A stretch of DNA of 64,000 nucleotides from a virus (IMGVR_UViG_2862830631_000005:1-64000), one strand, 5' to 3'; counted from the stretch's first letter, positions 44,561 to 55,535 are shown. A program made the numbers and translations. Notes: generated by a model from the sequence alone, not told the origin.

Positions 44561-45930
44561 GCAACCTCCCCTTCATATGCCTCGAGCACCTCATCCGGGA
44601 TGGCGTCAAGGTCGCGACGTGCGCGAGCCATCACCGTTGGGTTGTCGCCGTACTTTCCGTCGCCGTGAGCTGCGCGGCGAATGCGGTCGATCGCATCGGC
44701 ATCCCCGTCCTCGGCGTCCTCCTTGACGGTCGCGCGGTGCCGCATGCCGTCAACGTTCAGCAGCATGCCGACCAGCGTGTCGACAGGCCCCTCACCAGGT
44801 GTCGCGTACATCGAACGCGACTCCCACTTGGCGGTCAGCTCGAAATGCACGCGCTTCAGCAGCTCACGATCAGCGTCAGTGAACATGTCGTCCTCTTCTG
44901 TTGCACCCGCATAGAACATCTGCAGGTAGGTGTTAAATAGGTCCCATGGGAATCCAGCACCAACATCGGTGTGGTTGGTGAACCCCAACCCGACATTGAT
45001 TCCGTAGTGGTCGGTGACACCGCTGCTGGAACGTAGGCTCTGGTATCCGCTCGCGCTCTTGCCAACGCGCACAATCGGATCGATGCCGTACTTGTGGCAG
45101 TCCTGGGCGGCGAGGAACGCGGCGATCTTGATGCCGGTCCCCATGTTGTCGATCCACTGCTGGCGCGTCCACGACGCATACGACGGTGTGAACACCAGGT
45201 TGATCGTGACGTTGTTGCCGCCACCGACAGACCACGCGGCGCGATCGGTGTCAACGAGATCCCAGGCAACACCATCGTTTCCGACTAGATAGTGGTACGA
45301 GCGGTCGCCCATACCGTCCATCCAGCGGTCCAAGTCGAGGCCAGTCATGTTGCCCTCCTCGGTGTGGAGGACGAACAGGCGCGGCTTCAGGCCACCGCGG
45401 GATTGCGATCCGCTTCCGTCGATGATGTTGTGCTCCGTGAAGAACGCTGACGGCGCAGAAGGTGTGCCGCCAGACACGACCCTGTTGTACAGCGCGACAG
45501 CCTCGCCCCACGCCTCGTCGTAGCGGTGCTTGAATTCCTCGGCGCAGTTCTGAACGTCGTAGACCCACATGCCAGGAGTACGGGAATCGTCGTCATAGGG
45601 ACGCTTCAGGAGTTCATCGAAGAACATCCGCGTCGACTCAACGACATCCATCCTCTTGGAGGCGCCTTCATAACCAGTGCCACCCCACCACGGAGGCTGC
45701 TGCTGGTACGGTCCAGAGGACAACCCATCGGATCCAATCTTGTCGTACGGAAACGCAAGAGTGTCAGGATCCTTCGCATTCGCATACATCACGAAGTTGC
45801 ACTCAACCTTGACGCACGCGACCGCCATCTTCTGGCCGATGGGCTTCACACCCATCTCGTTTCCCACCTTGATGATGGTGGACACATACTGCTCAGGGGT
45901 CAGGTATGGCCCAGGGGTAACCAATGGCAT
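44557..45930 (-). CDS. lysA: lysin A (amidase plus N-terminal lysozyme-like domain)
   Basis: LHTEE, SYHY, AWSVG, HTDVG Amidase_2 motifs. Confidence 0.9.
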   Translation of the reverse strand: MPLVTPGPYLTPEQYVSTIIKVGNEMGVKPIGQKMAVACVKVECNFVMYANAKDPDTLAFPYDKIGSDGLSSGPYQQQPPWWGGTGYEGASKRMDVVESTRMFFDELLKRPYDDDSRTPGMWVYDVQNCAEEFKHRYDEAWGEAVALYNRVVSGGTPSAPSAFFTEHNIIDGSGSQSRGGLKPRLFVLHTEEGNMTGLDLDRWMDGMGDRSYHYLVGNDGVAWDLVDTDRAAWSVGGGNNVTINLVFTPSYASWTRQQWIDNMGTGIKIAAFLAAQDCHKYGIDPIVRVGKSASGYQSLRSSSGVTDHYGINVGLGFTNHTDVGAGFPWDLFNTYLQMFYAGATEEDDMFTDADRELLKRVHFELTAKWESRSMYATPGEGPVDTLVGMLLNVDGMRHRATVKEDAEDGDADAIDRIRRAAHGDGKYGDNPTVMARARRDLDAIPDEVLEAYEGEVA

Positions 45931-45938
45931 GGCAGTCC

Positions 45939-46910
45939 TTACGGTGTGTCGCCGATAATCCAGTCCGACACCTGGATTCCGGCAGCTGCGAGATCTGAGC
46001 GGAAGCCGAACCCGACATGCTGCTCACCCTCTCCGTGATCGATCAATCCGGTGTTGTCGGTCCACGTGACGATCGGAGTTAGACTTGTCCCCTTGTAGAG
46101 GCTGTAGGTGTCGGTAAGAGGGTTGTAGACACCCGTGTAGTTCGTGTTGTTCGAGGTGTCACCCTCGACCTCGGCGCGGATCGAAAACTCAGTCGGACCA
46201 GTTCCGGTGATGATGCCGATGCGGTCGTTGTCCCACGACCCCAATCCCCACACCTGCTTGTGATAGAAGCCAACCCAGTTGGTCATGTCGTAGTTCGAAC
46301 ACACAACAGCCCAGGCGTAGCCGTTCGAGTTCGCACCGCCACGAATCGTGTTGTACGTCAAGCGAACAGCGTCGGACTTTAGTGGTGCGAAGTAGAGCAT
46401 CGCCACGTCCTTGTAGAACGCGCCGGCTGCAACGCCATTCGGAAGTGAACGACCGGAGTTGTCGTACACCGTTGGTGTGCCATCCATGATCCGCCAAGCT
46501 GGGTCATGAACTGGACCAACGTTCGCGAACGAGTAGCGGTACTGCACGCCCTCGAACTCGGTGCTGTTCGCTGGGGCGTCCGGGAACGGTGCCTCATTGC
46601 GGATCACAATGCCCTGAACGCGCAGCGTCACCTCGCCGCCGTACTCAGTTGACAGAGTCCACGTCGCACCGCGGGGGAGCTTGTCGGTCACCTCGGCCGG
46701 CTCATAGAACGAGATCTCACCGCCATTGACGACGCCGCTGAACACGCCAAGTGTCTGACCGTAAGAGTTGCTCACAGTCAGGTAAGCGGTTGTGCTGTAG
46801 GGGAAAGTCTTACCGCGACCAAGAGAGTAGACGTAGCGCAGCGGGTTCCCGCGGCTCAGCTCAAGCGAGCGGTTACTCTCGACACGGACCTGGGGACGCC
46901 AAACGCCCAT
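45939..46910 (-). CDS. minor tail protein
   Basis: Beta-rich, end of tail module. Confidence 0.7.
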   Translation of the reverse strand: MGVWRPQVRVESNRSLELSRGNPLRYVYSLGRGKTFPYSTTAYLTVSNSYGQTLGVFSGVVNGGEISFYEPAEVTDKLPRGATWTLSTEYGGEVTLRVQGIVIRNEAPFPDAPANSTEFEGVQYRYSFANVGPVHDPAWRIMDGTPTVYDNSGRSLPNGVAAGAFYKDVAMLYFAPLKSDAVRLTYNTIRGGANSNGYAWAVVCSNYDMTNWVGFYHKQVWGLGSWDNDRIGIITGTGPTEFSIRAEVEGDTSNNTNYTGVYNPLTDTYSLYKGTSLTPIVTWTDNTGLIDHGEGEQHVGFGFRSDLAAAGIQVSDWIIGDTP

Positions 46911-46937
46911 TAAGTCCTCACCTTCATTTTATCACGC

Positions 46938-47303
46938 TTAAGTAGCGCGCTTAACCTTGTTGATGCGCTGGCGAAGGGCGAGACGCTCGTCATCCGTCAG
47001 CCCAGTGATCTTCGGGAAGTAGTCATCCAAGGTGTCCGTCAAGCCAGTCACGGCGTCGACCACCTTGTCCATACGCTCCCGCAACTCGTTATTCTCATTG
47101 CGCACTTCCTCACGGAAAGCGGCAGACAACTTCTGCAGTGTCTGGACCTCATCGAGCTCGTGCTGCTCGCGGGCCGCCTCCTCCTCCCGATGACGCTTCT
47201 TCCACCCAAACAGGGTGTCCCACACAGCCTTCAGCGCTCCACCACTGAGGAATGCGGAAAGTACACCGATAAGAGCGACGGCCAAATTGATGTCAATAGT
47301 CAC
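46938..47303 (-). CDS. membrane protein with coiled coil
   Basis: N-terminal TM helix. Confidence 0.65.
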   Translation of the reverse strand: MTIDINLAVALIGVLSAFLSGGALKAVWDTLFGWKKRHREEEAAREQHELDEVQTLQKLSAAFREEVRNENNELRERMDKVVDAVTGLTDTLDDYFPKITGLTDDERLALRQRINKVKRAT

Positions 47304-47309
47304 GGATAA

Positions 47310-49280
47310 TCACCCTGTGTCGATGTCGTACTGTTCCAACACCCACTTCCAGAACCAGTTTTCGGTTGGTGTCACCACGACAGGGACATCATCAGCTGGC
47401 CGGCGAGGAGTTCCTTGGTATGCCTCCTCGACCTTCTCCTTCATCTGTGAGGCCGCGTTCGGGCTCACCCACCACTGCCCCTTCAGGTAAGGCAAGTCCT
47501 CCTGAGTGAGCACATATGTGGTGTTCTCGAAGTTCCACGCAATGTGGCTAGGGTCGAACAGGTCAGGCTCGTCGTAAGCCGTGTGATATTCCGACTTTCC
47601 CTTGTCAGCGTTCTTCATCGCCAACACGTTCGTGTGATCGGCAGGGGAGTCCGCCCAACCGTCGTACCGTCGCGCAAAGTCGATGACGTGCCAACGCGTA
47701 TTCGTCAGGGTCGCTTCACCGATGGTTTCGCCGACCTCTACAGTCCCGATGCCACCGCCACCGCCAGTGGAGCGCAACGGATTACCGGTGAGGATAAACA
47801 TCAGCTCATCCGCAGGCGGTGCAGTGTCGTCATCCCAGTGCAGTGCCAGCCAATGCGACACAACCTGCGCGCCCTGGGACTGAGCTAGGACGATCTTCTT
47901 CCCAGGCGTGCTCCGCACTGCGGCATCGAGCATTGCGACACCGTCAGAGATTGAGGTGCTCTTCAACGATGCGGGGTACTTGATCTGCACCATGTTGTAC
48001 GGCGCGGATGCAAACCTGCCCTGGAACTTCTCAGGCATGTCGTTGTACAGGTTGAAGCACAGACCCGAAAGCGTGAAGACAGTCCCGGACTCGAACACCT
48101 GGAATGCCCGGCCAGCCATCATGTGCAGGTGCGACAAGTCAGCTGCCATCGCACCCGCCAGGCTGATAGCCGACCCAGCGAGGATAGAGTCGACACCACG
48201 GACAGACGCCACGATGCCGCCATAGAATGGCTGCGCCCCGTAGCCAACAATCAGCGGATTAGCGAGCGTTGCGCCCATGCTTCCGGTCTCCACCTCGACA
48301 CCCGACATGCCGGCAGTAGGCGTAGCTAGAAGAGCTGCCAATGCGGAATCAGCCGGGATGTTCTCCCCGACGAGCCCCGCGGCAGGTGCCTGCAGGTCAG
48401 CGGAGATCGCTGCGTCGAGTTCGTGCTCACCAGTGAGCGACGCCGTCACTGCGCTCAACTGGGAGGCCACAGAGCCTCGCTGCGACTGTCCGCCCGTCAT
48501 GACCGACTTGAGGATCCCCAATGCAGCGCCGAGCGTTCCTGGGTAGCTCTGCGCCGCGGGAAGGCTGGCCAGTACGGGACGCAGGGATGCCGACATCGCC
48601 CCCTGGGGGGTCAGCGGATACATCTCGAAGGCCGCGCCGGCATAGTCTGCACCACTGACGCGGCTCGCGGTGAACGTCACCGACGACGCTCCAGGTGCAT
48701 AGCCGACGACGCCCTGACAGTACTGACCAACGTCCATGTACGTGATCAGCGTCTGGTTGTAGTCAGACACCGCGGTCGAGAACAACGGCTCCATGTGGCC
48801 GGCGTGATGGATCATCCGCTCAGCCGCCGATGACATAGTCAACGAGAACGTCGAACCGGACTCAGTTCCCGCCGCGATCGTGTGGCCGCCAACACTGTCA
48901 ACGCCGCGATACAGGGTCGCCTCAGCGTTGATGCGGAACACTGCAGAGGTGCTCTCCAGAGTCCACTCGATATACACCGGGTGGGTGCCGCCTACTGGAT
49001 TCGCCAACACGAAATGCTGAATGTGTCCAGTGCTCGACAAACCGGTGTCGTTGTCACCCCACGCCATCGGGAATGGCGTCATCTCGGTGCCATTCCACTG
49101 CACCGTGTAGTCGATCGTGCCAGTGTTACTGGTGGAGTAGCCGATGATGGTTACGACCAGAAGGTCGTAAGGCATGGTCGTGCCAGCGGCGAAGTCTGAC
49201 GTAGTGTTGTACGCGCTGCCGCTGAACTCTAGGTAGTCGCCCCCGGTGAGGCTGGCGGAACCAACATGGGAGATAGGCAT
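47310..49280 (-). CDS. minor tail protein with C-terminal PE-PPE/cutinase-like hydrolase domain
   Basis: AQSQGA nucleophile elbow, GNP, YDGWADSP, His. Confidence 0.8.
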   Translation of the reverse strand: MPISHVGSASLTGGDYLEFSGSAYNTTSDFAAGTTMPYDLLVVTIIGYSTSNTGTIDYTVQWNGTEMTPFPMAWGDNDTGLSSTGHIQHFVLANPVGGTHPVYIEWTLESTSAVFRINAEATLYRGVDSVGGHTIAAGTESGSTFSLTMSSAAERMIHHAGHMEPLFSTAVSDYNQTLITYMDVGQYCQGVVGYAPGASSVTFTASRVSGADYAGAAFEMYPLTPQGAMSASLRPVLASLPAAQSYPGTLGAALGILKSVMTGGQSQRGSVASQLSAVTASLTGEHELDAAISADLQAPAAGLVGENIPADSALAALLATPTAGMSGVEVETGSMGATLANPLIVGYGAQPFYGGIVASVRGVDSILAGSAISLAGAMAADLSHLHMMAGRAFQVFESGTVFTLSGLCFNLYNDMPEKFQGRFASAPYNMVQIKYPASLKSTSISDGVAMLDAAVRSTPGKKIVLAQSQGAQVVSHWLALHWDDDTAPPADELMFILTGNPLRSTGGGGGIGTVEVGETIGEATLTNTRWHVIDFARRYDGWADSPADHTNVLAMKNADKGKSEYHTAYDEPDLFDPSHIAWNFENTTYVLTQEDLPYLKGQWWVSPNAASQMKEKVEEAYQGTPRRPADDVPVVVTPTENWFWKWVLEQYDIDTG

Positions 49281-49301
49281 TCAGGCCCCTAGGAGAGGCC
49301 C

Positions 49302-49730
49302 TTATGGACCCTCAGGAAGATCGATGGTCGCCGACGAAATCGACACAGTCGAACCGGCAGTGATCGAAGTGGTATTCATGATCAGGTCAGCGCTGGACGT
49401 GCCGACAGTTCCCTGGAACACGGCCGAACCGCCGGTCTGCGTCTTGATGCGGAAGTACCCAGCTGTTCCAGTCGCATCAGCCGAGGCGTCGGCAGTGATT
49501 GACGCGAAGGTGGCGCGGGCACCAGTACCAGTGTCGGTCAGGCCGGAGAATGCAGTGGCCTGGCATGTCAGGCTCGCCAGGAGCGTTCCGGTCTGAGATG
49601 CATCGGCGTTCGCCGGGGCAGCCCCAGAGTAGATCTCGATGACAGCTGCACTGCCGGCATCGATAGCAGCACCGAGCGCGGTAAGCATCTGCTGTGCTGC
49701 GGAGTTCGTGATGTATGCGGCGTTAGCCAT
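49302..49730 (-). CDS. virion/tail structural protein
   Basis: Ala/Thr/Gly-rich beta protein. Confidence 0.7.
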   Translation of the reverse strand: MANAAYITNSAAQQMLTALGAAIDAGSAAVIEIYSGAAPANADASQTGTLLASLTCQATAFSGLTDTGTGARATFASITADASADATGTAGYFRIKTQTGGSAVFQGTVGTSSADLIMNTTSITAGSTVSISSATIDLPEGP

Positions 49731-50073
49731 TCGGAATCCTCACCTTAACCTTCGCGGCCCCACCGATGTCCTGAGGCTCAAACCGATGCAGGAGCCACAC
49801 ATCGAGCTTCAGCTTGTTTGAATCAGCAGTCACAGCATGGGCATTCAGCCCGCGCGAGCGGAACGTCGCCGCAGCATCGCGGAATACGTCGACCGCCGCT
49901 ACGCACTCCTCAAGACTCCACGCCTCGAACTCACTGAAGTCGTCCGGGTGGGCTGCGACATACTCGTCGCACACCTTCCTGGCGGCAGCCTCGTCACGTC
50001 CGCCTCCGGTCGTCTTGTCCCACGCATCGAACAGCGCGTCCAGCGCGGTAGCATCATTCTTCTTCGTCGCCAT
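49723..50073 (-). CDS. hypothetical protein
   Basis: GAGGAG RBS. Confidence 0.65.
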   Translation of the reverse strand: MATKKNDATALDALFDAWDKTTGGGRDEAAARKVCDEYVAAHPDDFSEFEAWSLEECVAAVDVFRDAAATFRSRGLNAHAVTADSNKLKLDVWLLHRFEPQDIGGAAKVKVRIPNG

Positions 50074-50084
50074 AGCTTCTCCTC

Positions 50085-50453
50085 TTAGATCTCGGCGGTC
50101 GGGTCGTAGACGCACTTCCACTCGTCCTCCGGAAGCAGCACCGGCTCGGTACTGAAGGTTGGGCTCCCCAGACCGCTGAACTCCCACAACGGAAGTCCGG
50201 CCGAGTTCGTGATCCTTGTAGCTGAAATCCCAGTCCTGTGGTTGCGTAGAATCGTCCCCTCAGGCGAACCTGTCCACAGAAGCTTCGCCTTAGCGCACGC
50301 GTCGCGAGCCATCTGTCGAACTGCAGACATCACGTCGTCCGACGACCCGGCCTGCAGCGCCGTCTGGAGGTCTTCGGATGGCCCAGTGGTGTAAAGGTTG
50401 TGGTCAACCTGTGTTGCGTACGCGTCGTACGCGATGTCGATATCGCTGATCAA
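50085..50453 (-). CDS. hypothetical tail-region protein
   Basis: Coupled ORF. Confidence 0.6.
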   Translation of the reverse strand: MISDIDIAYDAYATQVDHNLYTTGPSEDLQTALQAGSSDDVMSAVRQMARDACAKAKLLWTGSPEGTILRNHRTGISATRITNSAGLPLWEFSGLGSPTFSTEPVLLPEDEWKCVYDPTAEI

Positions 50454-52270
50454 TTCGTGACTCCTGTCCTGGCGATTCCCCAGTACGTCTTCGCGCCAGA
50501 GCCCTCGCCAGTGATCAAGCTGGAGGCAGCTGAAGGCGAGTAGTAGCCGAGCTGCACCCAGTCGTTCGCGTCGAGGTATAGCGACACGGAGGCGAAGATT
50601 CCCTCCGGGTAATCCGGTGAGTAGTAGGTATCTCCACCGCCGGTGATCCTGGTTCCAGAGAAGTGGCCGACCGGCTGTCCGATGTACATCTCGGGAGCAT
50701 CGTTGTGGTAGAGGATCAGCGACAGGTTGTTCGGCGTGTTACCAGCGAGGGATACGCGCGCATAGACGGTGTACCAACCCTTCACCGATACGGTGAACTT
50801 TCCAGTTGTGAAGTCGTACAGGATGTCCGACGTGCTGGCGTAGACGTTGTCGAAGAAGTTGTCAGGGAATAGGTGTGTCCCGCTGGAGATGGACAGCTCT
50901 GCGGTGTCGGCGCGGAACATGCGAGCACCGGATCCGGTTACCTCGGCCGGCTGGTTGTCACCGCCAGCGAATGCCCACATCGTGCCGGGTGGAATGGTTC
51001 CAGACGCAGAAGCGTAGGCGAATCCCAACCCACCAGTACCGCGGTACGACATGCCGACCTGTGAGGTGGTGCCAACCTCGGTGTGCGTGAGGATGACCTT
51101 GCTGCCCTCTAGGAGGCGGAAGACGCGCAAGCCGCCGATCGTTCCACACTCCAACGCGTACAAACCCTGTGCCTTGTAGCTGAAGCCTGTTGTCTTCGTT
51201 GCCCAGATGATGCGGGTGCCGCCAACTACGCAGCCGAGCTCTGCGCGGTACTTCTCCATCGACGCGTACACGTACGTATCACCGGCAGCGTTCTTGCGTC
51301 CGTGGATCTCATTGCGTCCACTGTTGCCCAGGAATGTGACCGGCGCTGAGCCAGACACCATCCAAATCTTCTGGTAGTCGGTCGCGGTCGCCAAAGCGTT
51401 GTACACGTAGGCATCTGTCGCGTCCGTGTCGTTGACTGAATGCCAGTCGGCGCCGACACCGTTGACGATCTCAAAGTGGCCGCCACCGCCAGTGCGGATG
51501 TGCGTGAAGTCCGATCCGAACGTAGAACCGCTAGGTAGAGCGGTGAAGTCCACCAGGAAGGACACGCCGCCGACAGCCTGGTTGTTCTGATTGCTTTGCA
51601 ACGCAGTCACCTGCGCACTCAGCGCCGAGATTGTCGACGCCGCATCCTGCATCGCCTGCTGCGCCTGGTCGTGATCGAACAGGTTGCCAACCCAGCCGAA
51701 GAAGCTGGTCACGATATTGTCGATGGTCTGCTGAATGTCGTAGCGGATCTGCAGTCCCCACGTTCCAAGGTCTGTGGTGTCACCGTCCTCGACGCCGCTG
51801 AGAACCTCGATGATGTCGCCGATGATTGGGACCTGCTGAAGCATCTGAGCAAACGCTTGTGCAGCCGCCTGAATGGCCGCGATGAGGGCGTTGAAGAACG
51901 TGCCCAGATCGTTGTAGTCGCCGTCCTCAACGCCAGTGATGACTTCGATCAGCTCACCGAGGAACGGCACCTTGCCCAGCGTGTTCAGCAGTTCGGACGT
52001 GTGTCCGATCCCTGACTGGTCAACGTCCGGGAAGAGCTTGGCACTGAAAGCCGCGAGGGCCGCATGAATGATCCCCTTGGAGGCATCGACACCCTCGAAC
52101 ACCTGGTCCGAGTATCCGGACATCTGTCCGCGTACTTCGGCCTTCTTGGCGGCCTCAACGTTTTCCCGAGTCCGATTAGCGAGGACAGAAAGCCCTGCGC
52201 CAACAACCGCGCCGTCATGGCCGGTGATGTCGTAGCCAGAGGGATCGCTACCCGAAGGGATAGCACCCAT
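50450..52270 (-). CDS. minor tail protein
   Basis: Repeated IEVITGVEDGD..DLGT motif of mycobacteriophage tail proteins. Confidence 0.85.
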   Translation of the reverse strand: MGAIPSGSDPSGYDITGHDGAVVGAGLSVLANRTRENVEAAKKAEVRGQMSGYSDQVFEGVDASKGIIHAALAAFSAKLFPDVDQSGIGHTSELLNTLGKVPFLGELIEVITGVEDGDYNDLGTFFNALIAAIQAAAQAFAQMLQQVPIIGDIIEVLSGVEDGDTTDLGTWGLQIRYDIQQTIDNIVTSFFGWVGNLFDHDQAQQAMQDAASTISALSAQVTALQSNQNNQAVGGVSFLVDFTALPSGSTFGSDFTHIRTGGGGHFEIVNGVGADWHSVNDTDATDAYVYNALATATDYQKIWMVSGSAPVTFLGNSGRNEIHGRKNAAGDTYVYASMEKYRAELGCVVGGTRIIWATKTTGFSYKAQGLYALECGTIGGLRVFRLLEGSKVILTHTEVGTTSQVGMSYRGTGGLGFAYASASGTIPPGTMWAFAGGDNQPAEVTGSGARMFRADTAELSISSGTHLFPDNFFDNVYASTSDILYDFTTGKFTVSVKGWYTVYARVSLAGNTPNNLSLILYHNDAPEMYIGQPVGHFSGTRITGGGDTYYSPDYPEGIFASVSLYLDANDWVQLGYYSPSAASSLITGEGSGAKTYWGIARTGVTN

Positions 52271-52273
52271 TGG

Positions 52274-52735
52274 TTACTCCTGTTTTGGCTTACTGCTGAT
52301 GTAATTCACCAGCGTGATCAGCTTCTTGATCTCGCCCTCGTACTGCTTCGCGAACTTCGCGCGCTCCTCGTCGGACCCAACGGAATGGATCTTCTTCAGG
52401 AGTTCCGCGTACTCCGGGTGCTCATCGGCGAGCATCTCGAGAACCTCTTCGGCCGCCTGCTCCATCGTCTGCGGTTCAGCGTCCGCAGGCTTCTCGTCAA
52501 CAATCTCGGCCGGCTGGAACTGCCCACCCCCGACAGCCCACTTCGTCGCGAGCTCGGGGTGCCATCGAATCCCCAAGTCCCAATAGAGCTCAGAAGTTGG
52601 CTCCCAGGACTGGATCACAGCGCCAGGCTGATTGGGGTGAACACCAGGTCGCGGGTCCACGAACCCAACGCCCAGAAGCCACGCCAATCCCTTCGGGTGG
52701 TCAGGGTCGGGTGGATGCACATTGAAAGGTGCCAT
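52274..52735 (-). CDS. minor tail protein (DUF2744-like)
   Basis: W..S..WDLGIRWHPELATK. Confidence 0.75.
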   Translation of the reverse strand: MAPFNVHPPDPDHPKGLAWLLGVGFVDPRPGVHPNQPGAVIQSWEPTSELYWDLGIRWHPELATKWAVGGGQFQPAEIVDEKPADAEPQTMEQAAEEVLEMLADEHPEYAELLKKIHSVGSDEERAKFAKQYEGEIKKLITLVNYISSKPKQE

Positions 52736-52787
52736 AAGTCTGCTCCTACACTACTTTCTATTCTAGCAAACTAATTAGCGCACCTAG

Positions 52788-54524
52788 TTATGCGATGAGG
52801 TGGACGCCGATGTTCTGAACGATGTCGCGGATCTTCTTCGCGAGACGGGCGATCCGCTCACCAACGCTCATCGCAGCCTTGTTCTGGCCGAACTTCGCCT
52901 GAACGGTCAACGGTGTATCCCCGGAGTGATCCCAGGACGGGATGATCTCCTCGCACTGGTTGACGAAAATGATGTTGTGGTATCCGCGAGAGGTCGAACC
53001 AACGCGGGAACCGATCTCGAAGTGCGAGCCGGGGATGATCCAACTGTTGCCGTTCATCGAGATGAGATGCGAAGTCTCAGAGCGCGTTGCAAGGAACCCA
53101 CCACGCAGCGCTGCGATGGCACTCAGGCTCCACACATTGTTCTCAGCGCCCTGCTGGTAGACCTCCCAGAGATGCACCCAGCCGAGCTGCTTTGCGCGGC
53201 CTACGTTCTTCCAGTCAATCCACGCCAGGATCGTCCCCACCAGGAACGGCATGATCACGTCCGCCGCGATGTCGCCGGCTGAGGAGAAACCGCCAAGTAG
53301 GAAGTACCCCAGGATGTTTCCGGTGGTCGAGATGATCAACCGCGCGATAGCGTCAGCTGCCGGGTTGTCACCACCGATCACAACATTCGGCGCGGTAGCT
53401 GGACTCCACGTCAACTCCGATGTTTCCATCGGAGTCCATGAGTTGTCCCTGACTACAAGCCAGGGAGCCTGGGCAAGGGTGGCCAACCACCCCGATCCGT
53501 AGTACTCGTCAGGGTAGTAGGTCTCATCGTCTGCGATCGTCCTCGCAGTGTCCTCAACGAACCCGCCGACATACTGAACAACGCTGCGCGCCATTCCATC
53601 GACAATCGATCCGCCAAGGAAAGTTCCGCCGAGAGCCTCGTTGTAGTAGCCGGAATCGTCGTCAAGCCAGAAGACGAGTGCACCGTTCTTTGGCTGATCA
53701 ACGAACAGCAACCCATCCTCGGTCTCACCTTCGTCGGTGAAGCAGCGGCGGTACTTGAGGGTCAGCTGCGCATCATCCAAAGCATCAGCGAGAACCGAGT
53801 CGATCGGGTTCATACGGGTGCCCAGGACGGTCCACAGCGACGAGTCATCTAGTGGGAGGGCCTTAGCCTTAACGTGGACCTGCCAGTTCTCCCACTGGCC
53901 TGGAGCCCACCCAATCCACTCGGACAGATCGAATGGATCATCCGGCAGCGTCCACAAATTGCCCTCGCGGCGAATGAGATTCAGCAAGATCATGGTAGAA
54001 CAGGCCCACTTCGCAGGGCCCAAAATAGGTAGCACCCTCGGCCACTGGAAGAGACCAAGTGGCAGAGCAGGATTCGGGGGTCCTAGCAAGAACTGCAGGA
54101 ACTGCAAGTCGTCGTTGAACGTCAGTTCCATATAGTGGATGCCGTCACGCTGCTTCTTCGCGTGATGGTGCAGAAGGCCCGTCCAGCGCAGCTTCCCGCC
54201 GAACATATCCACGCGGATTACTACGTTCTTGCACTGATTAGGATCGTTTGGGATCTCCCGCATCCACTCCGAGATGTAGTGGTCGAAACGCAACTCCATG
54301 ACCGCGGTGGTTGAGACGTTCTTCTTGAACGGGAACGATGCTCGAATGGTGTCGTTGTAGTGGACGCGGCCGAAGTACTCCAAGCCTTCGGATCCATCAG
54401 CAGGGTTGCGGTAGAAGGTGATAGTCGGCTTAGCCGCGCGCATCCATGCGAGTTCCTGACGCCAAGAGGCGACATTGGTCTCGATAGAATCTAGTGCCTT
54501 AGCACGCTCAAGCGTGAGGGTCAT
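52788..54524 (-). CDS. minor tail protein (baseplate hub-like)
   Basis: Position after Dit; PNPALP..QWPR..GPAKW. Confidence 0.85.
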   Translation of the reverse strand: MTLTLERAKALDSIETNVASWRQELAWMRAAKPTITFYRNPADGSEGLEYFGRVHYNDTIRASFPFKKNVSTTAVMELRFDHYISEWMREIPNDPNQCKNVVIRVDMFGGKLRWTGLLHHHAKKQRDGIHYMELTFNDDLQFLQFLLGPPNPALPLGLFQWPRVLPILGPAKWACSTMILLNLIRREGNLWTLPDDPFDLSEWIGWAPGQWENWQVHVKAKALPLDDSSLWTVLGTRMNPIDSVLADALDDAQLTLKYRRCFTDEGETEDGLLFVDQPKNGALVFWLDDDSGYYNEALGGTFLGGSIVDGMARSVVQYVGGFVEDTARTIADDETYYPDEYYGSGWLATLAQAPWLVVRDNSWTPMETSELTWSPATAPNVVIGGDNPAADAIARLIISTTGNILGYFLLGGFSSAGDIAADVIMPFLVGTILAWIDWKNVGRAKQLGWVHLWEVYQQGAENNVWSLSAIAALRGGFLATRSETSHLISMNGNSWIIPGSHFEIGSRVGSTSRGYHNIIFVNQCEEIIPSWDHSGDTPLTVQAKFGQNKAAMSVGERIARLAKKIRDIVQNIGVHLIA

Positions 54525-54542
54525 CTTGGATCAAACCTCTAG

Positions 54543-55535
54543 TTAGAGAACGCCAATGGGGCGCGACCACGGCCTCGTGTACCACTTGGGAATCTCCAGG
54601 CGCATCGCATAGCCGGCGACCGCGTCGCGAACCTTGACCGGGATGGTTGAGTAAGTCCCACCAGGGATCGGGTACAGCAAGTCCTGTCCCTTCCAGAGGC
54701 CCTGGAGGTGCATCCTGTTGGCTGCGAGCAGGGTCTGGACTCGCGGATCCGAGTCAGCGACGCAGCCTGCGTCGACTGGAAGAAACGGCAGTTCGACGGT
54801 GCGGCCGGAATCCATTACGCCGCGCGCGTACTCCTGGTTTCCGAACGAGAAATCAGGAAGTCGCCATCGGGCCTGATCGGTAAGAGTCCACTTCGGCCAC
54901 ACCGGGACATCGCAATCGACATCGAGGCGCACCGAAGTCTTCCCGATGCTTCCGTCGCCCTCCCACTCATAGAAGTCGGATGGCCCCACGAAGAATGGCA
55001 ACTCGGCTGCCACCGTCATCACAACGGTCGACATGGCGTAGAGAGCCGGATCCTTCCCCTCCCATGAAGCTGACTCGTATGCCTGCGGTTCCTCCAGGAG
55101 GCGAACCTTGAGGTCGCGATAGCCATCCGACGTGGTGAAACGAATCGTGCTCTCCTGCACGTAATCCCATGCGAAACGCCACTTCGAGTCGATGGTCCTC
55201 CACGTCTCAGGGTCGTCGTCGTCGGCGAAGATGTTGACCGTGAAGACGACATCGCGTCGCTCCCAGCGAAAGTCAACGAATGTCTGGCCGAACGCTCCAG
55301 GTAGCCACAATGACTTCACCGGGGCGTCGATTGCACCCTTCAGGTTCGGCATGAGCTCGACGCCCTGGTCGCCCTTTCCATGGCCAGAGATCACGAAGTG
55401 CTCTCCATGGACGCCGAAGATCTCAATCCTGGCGGTGCGCTCCGAAAACTGGCCTGCCCCAGCGGGGAATGAACCAGTGGGAGGTAGCGGTCCACCGCCT
55501 AGCTGAATGGGGAGTAGTTCACTTACCTTTCCCAC
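54543..55535 (-). CDS. distal tail protein
   Basis: GDQGVEL..RDLKVRL..VWPKW..WRLPDFS..RPW. Confidence 0.85.
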   Translation of the reverse strand: MGKVSELLPIQLGGGPLPPTGSFPAGAGQFSERTARIEIFGVHGEHFVISGHGKGDQGVELMPNLKGAIDAPVKSLWLPGAFGQTFVDFRWERRDVVFTVNIFADDDDPETWRTIDSKWRFAWDYVQESTIRFTTSDGYRDLKVRLLEEPQAYESASWEGKDPALYAMSTVVMTVAAELPFFVGPSDFYEWEGDGSIGKTSVRLDVDCDVPVWPKWTLTDQARWRLPDFSFGNQEYARGVMDSGRTVELPFLPVDAGCVADSDPRVQTLLAANRMHLQGLWKGQDLLYPIPGGTYSTIPVKVRDAVAGYAMRLEIPKWYTRPWSRPIGVL

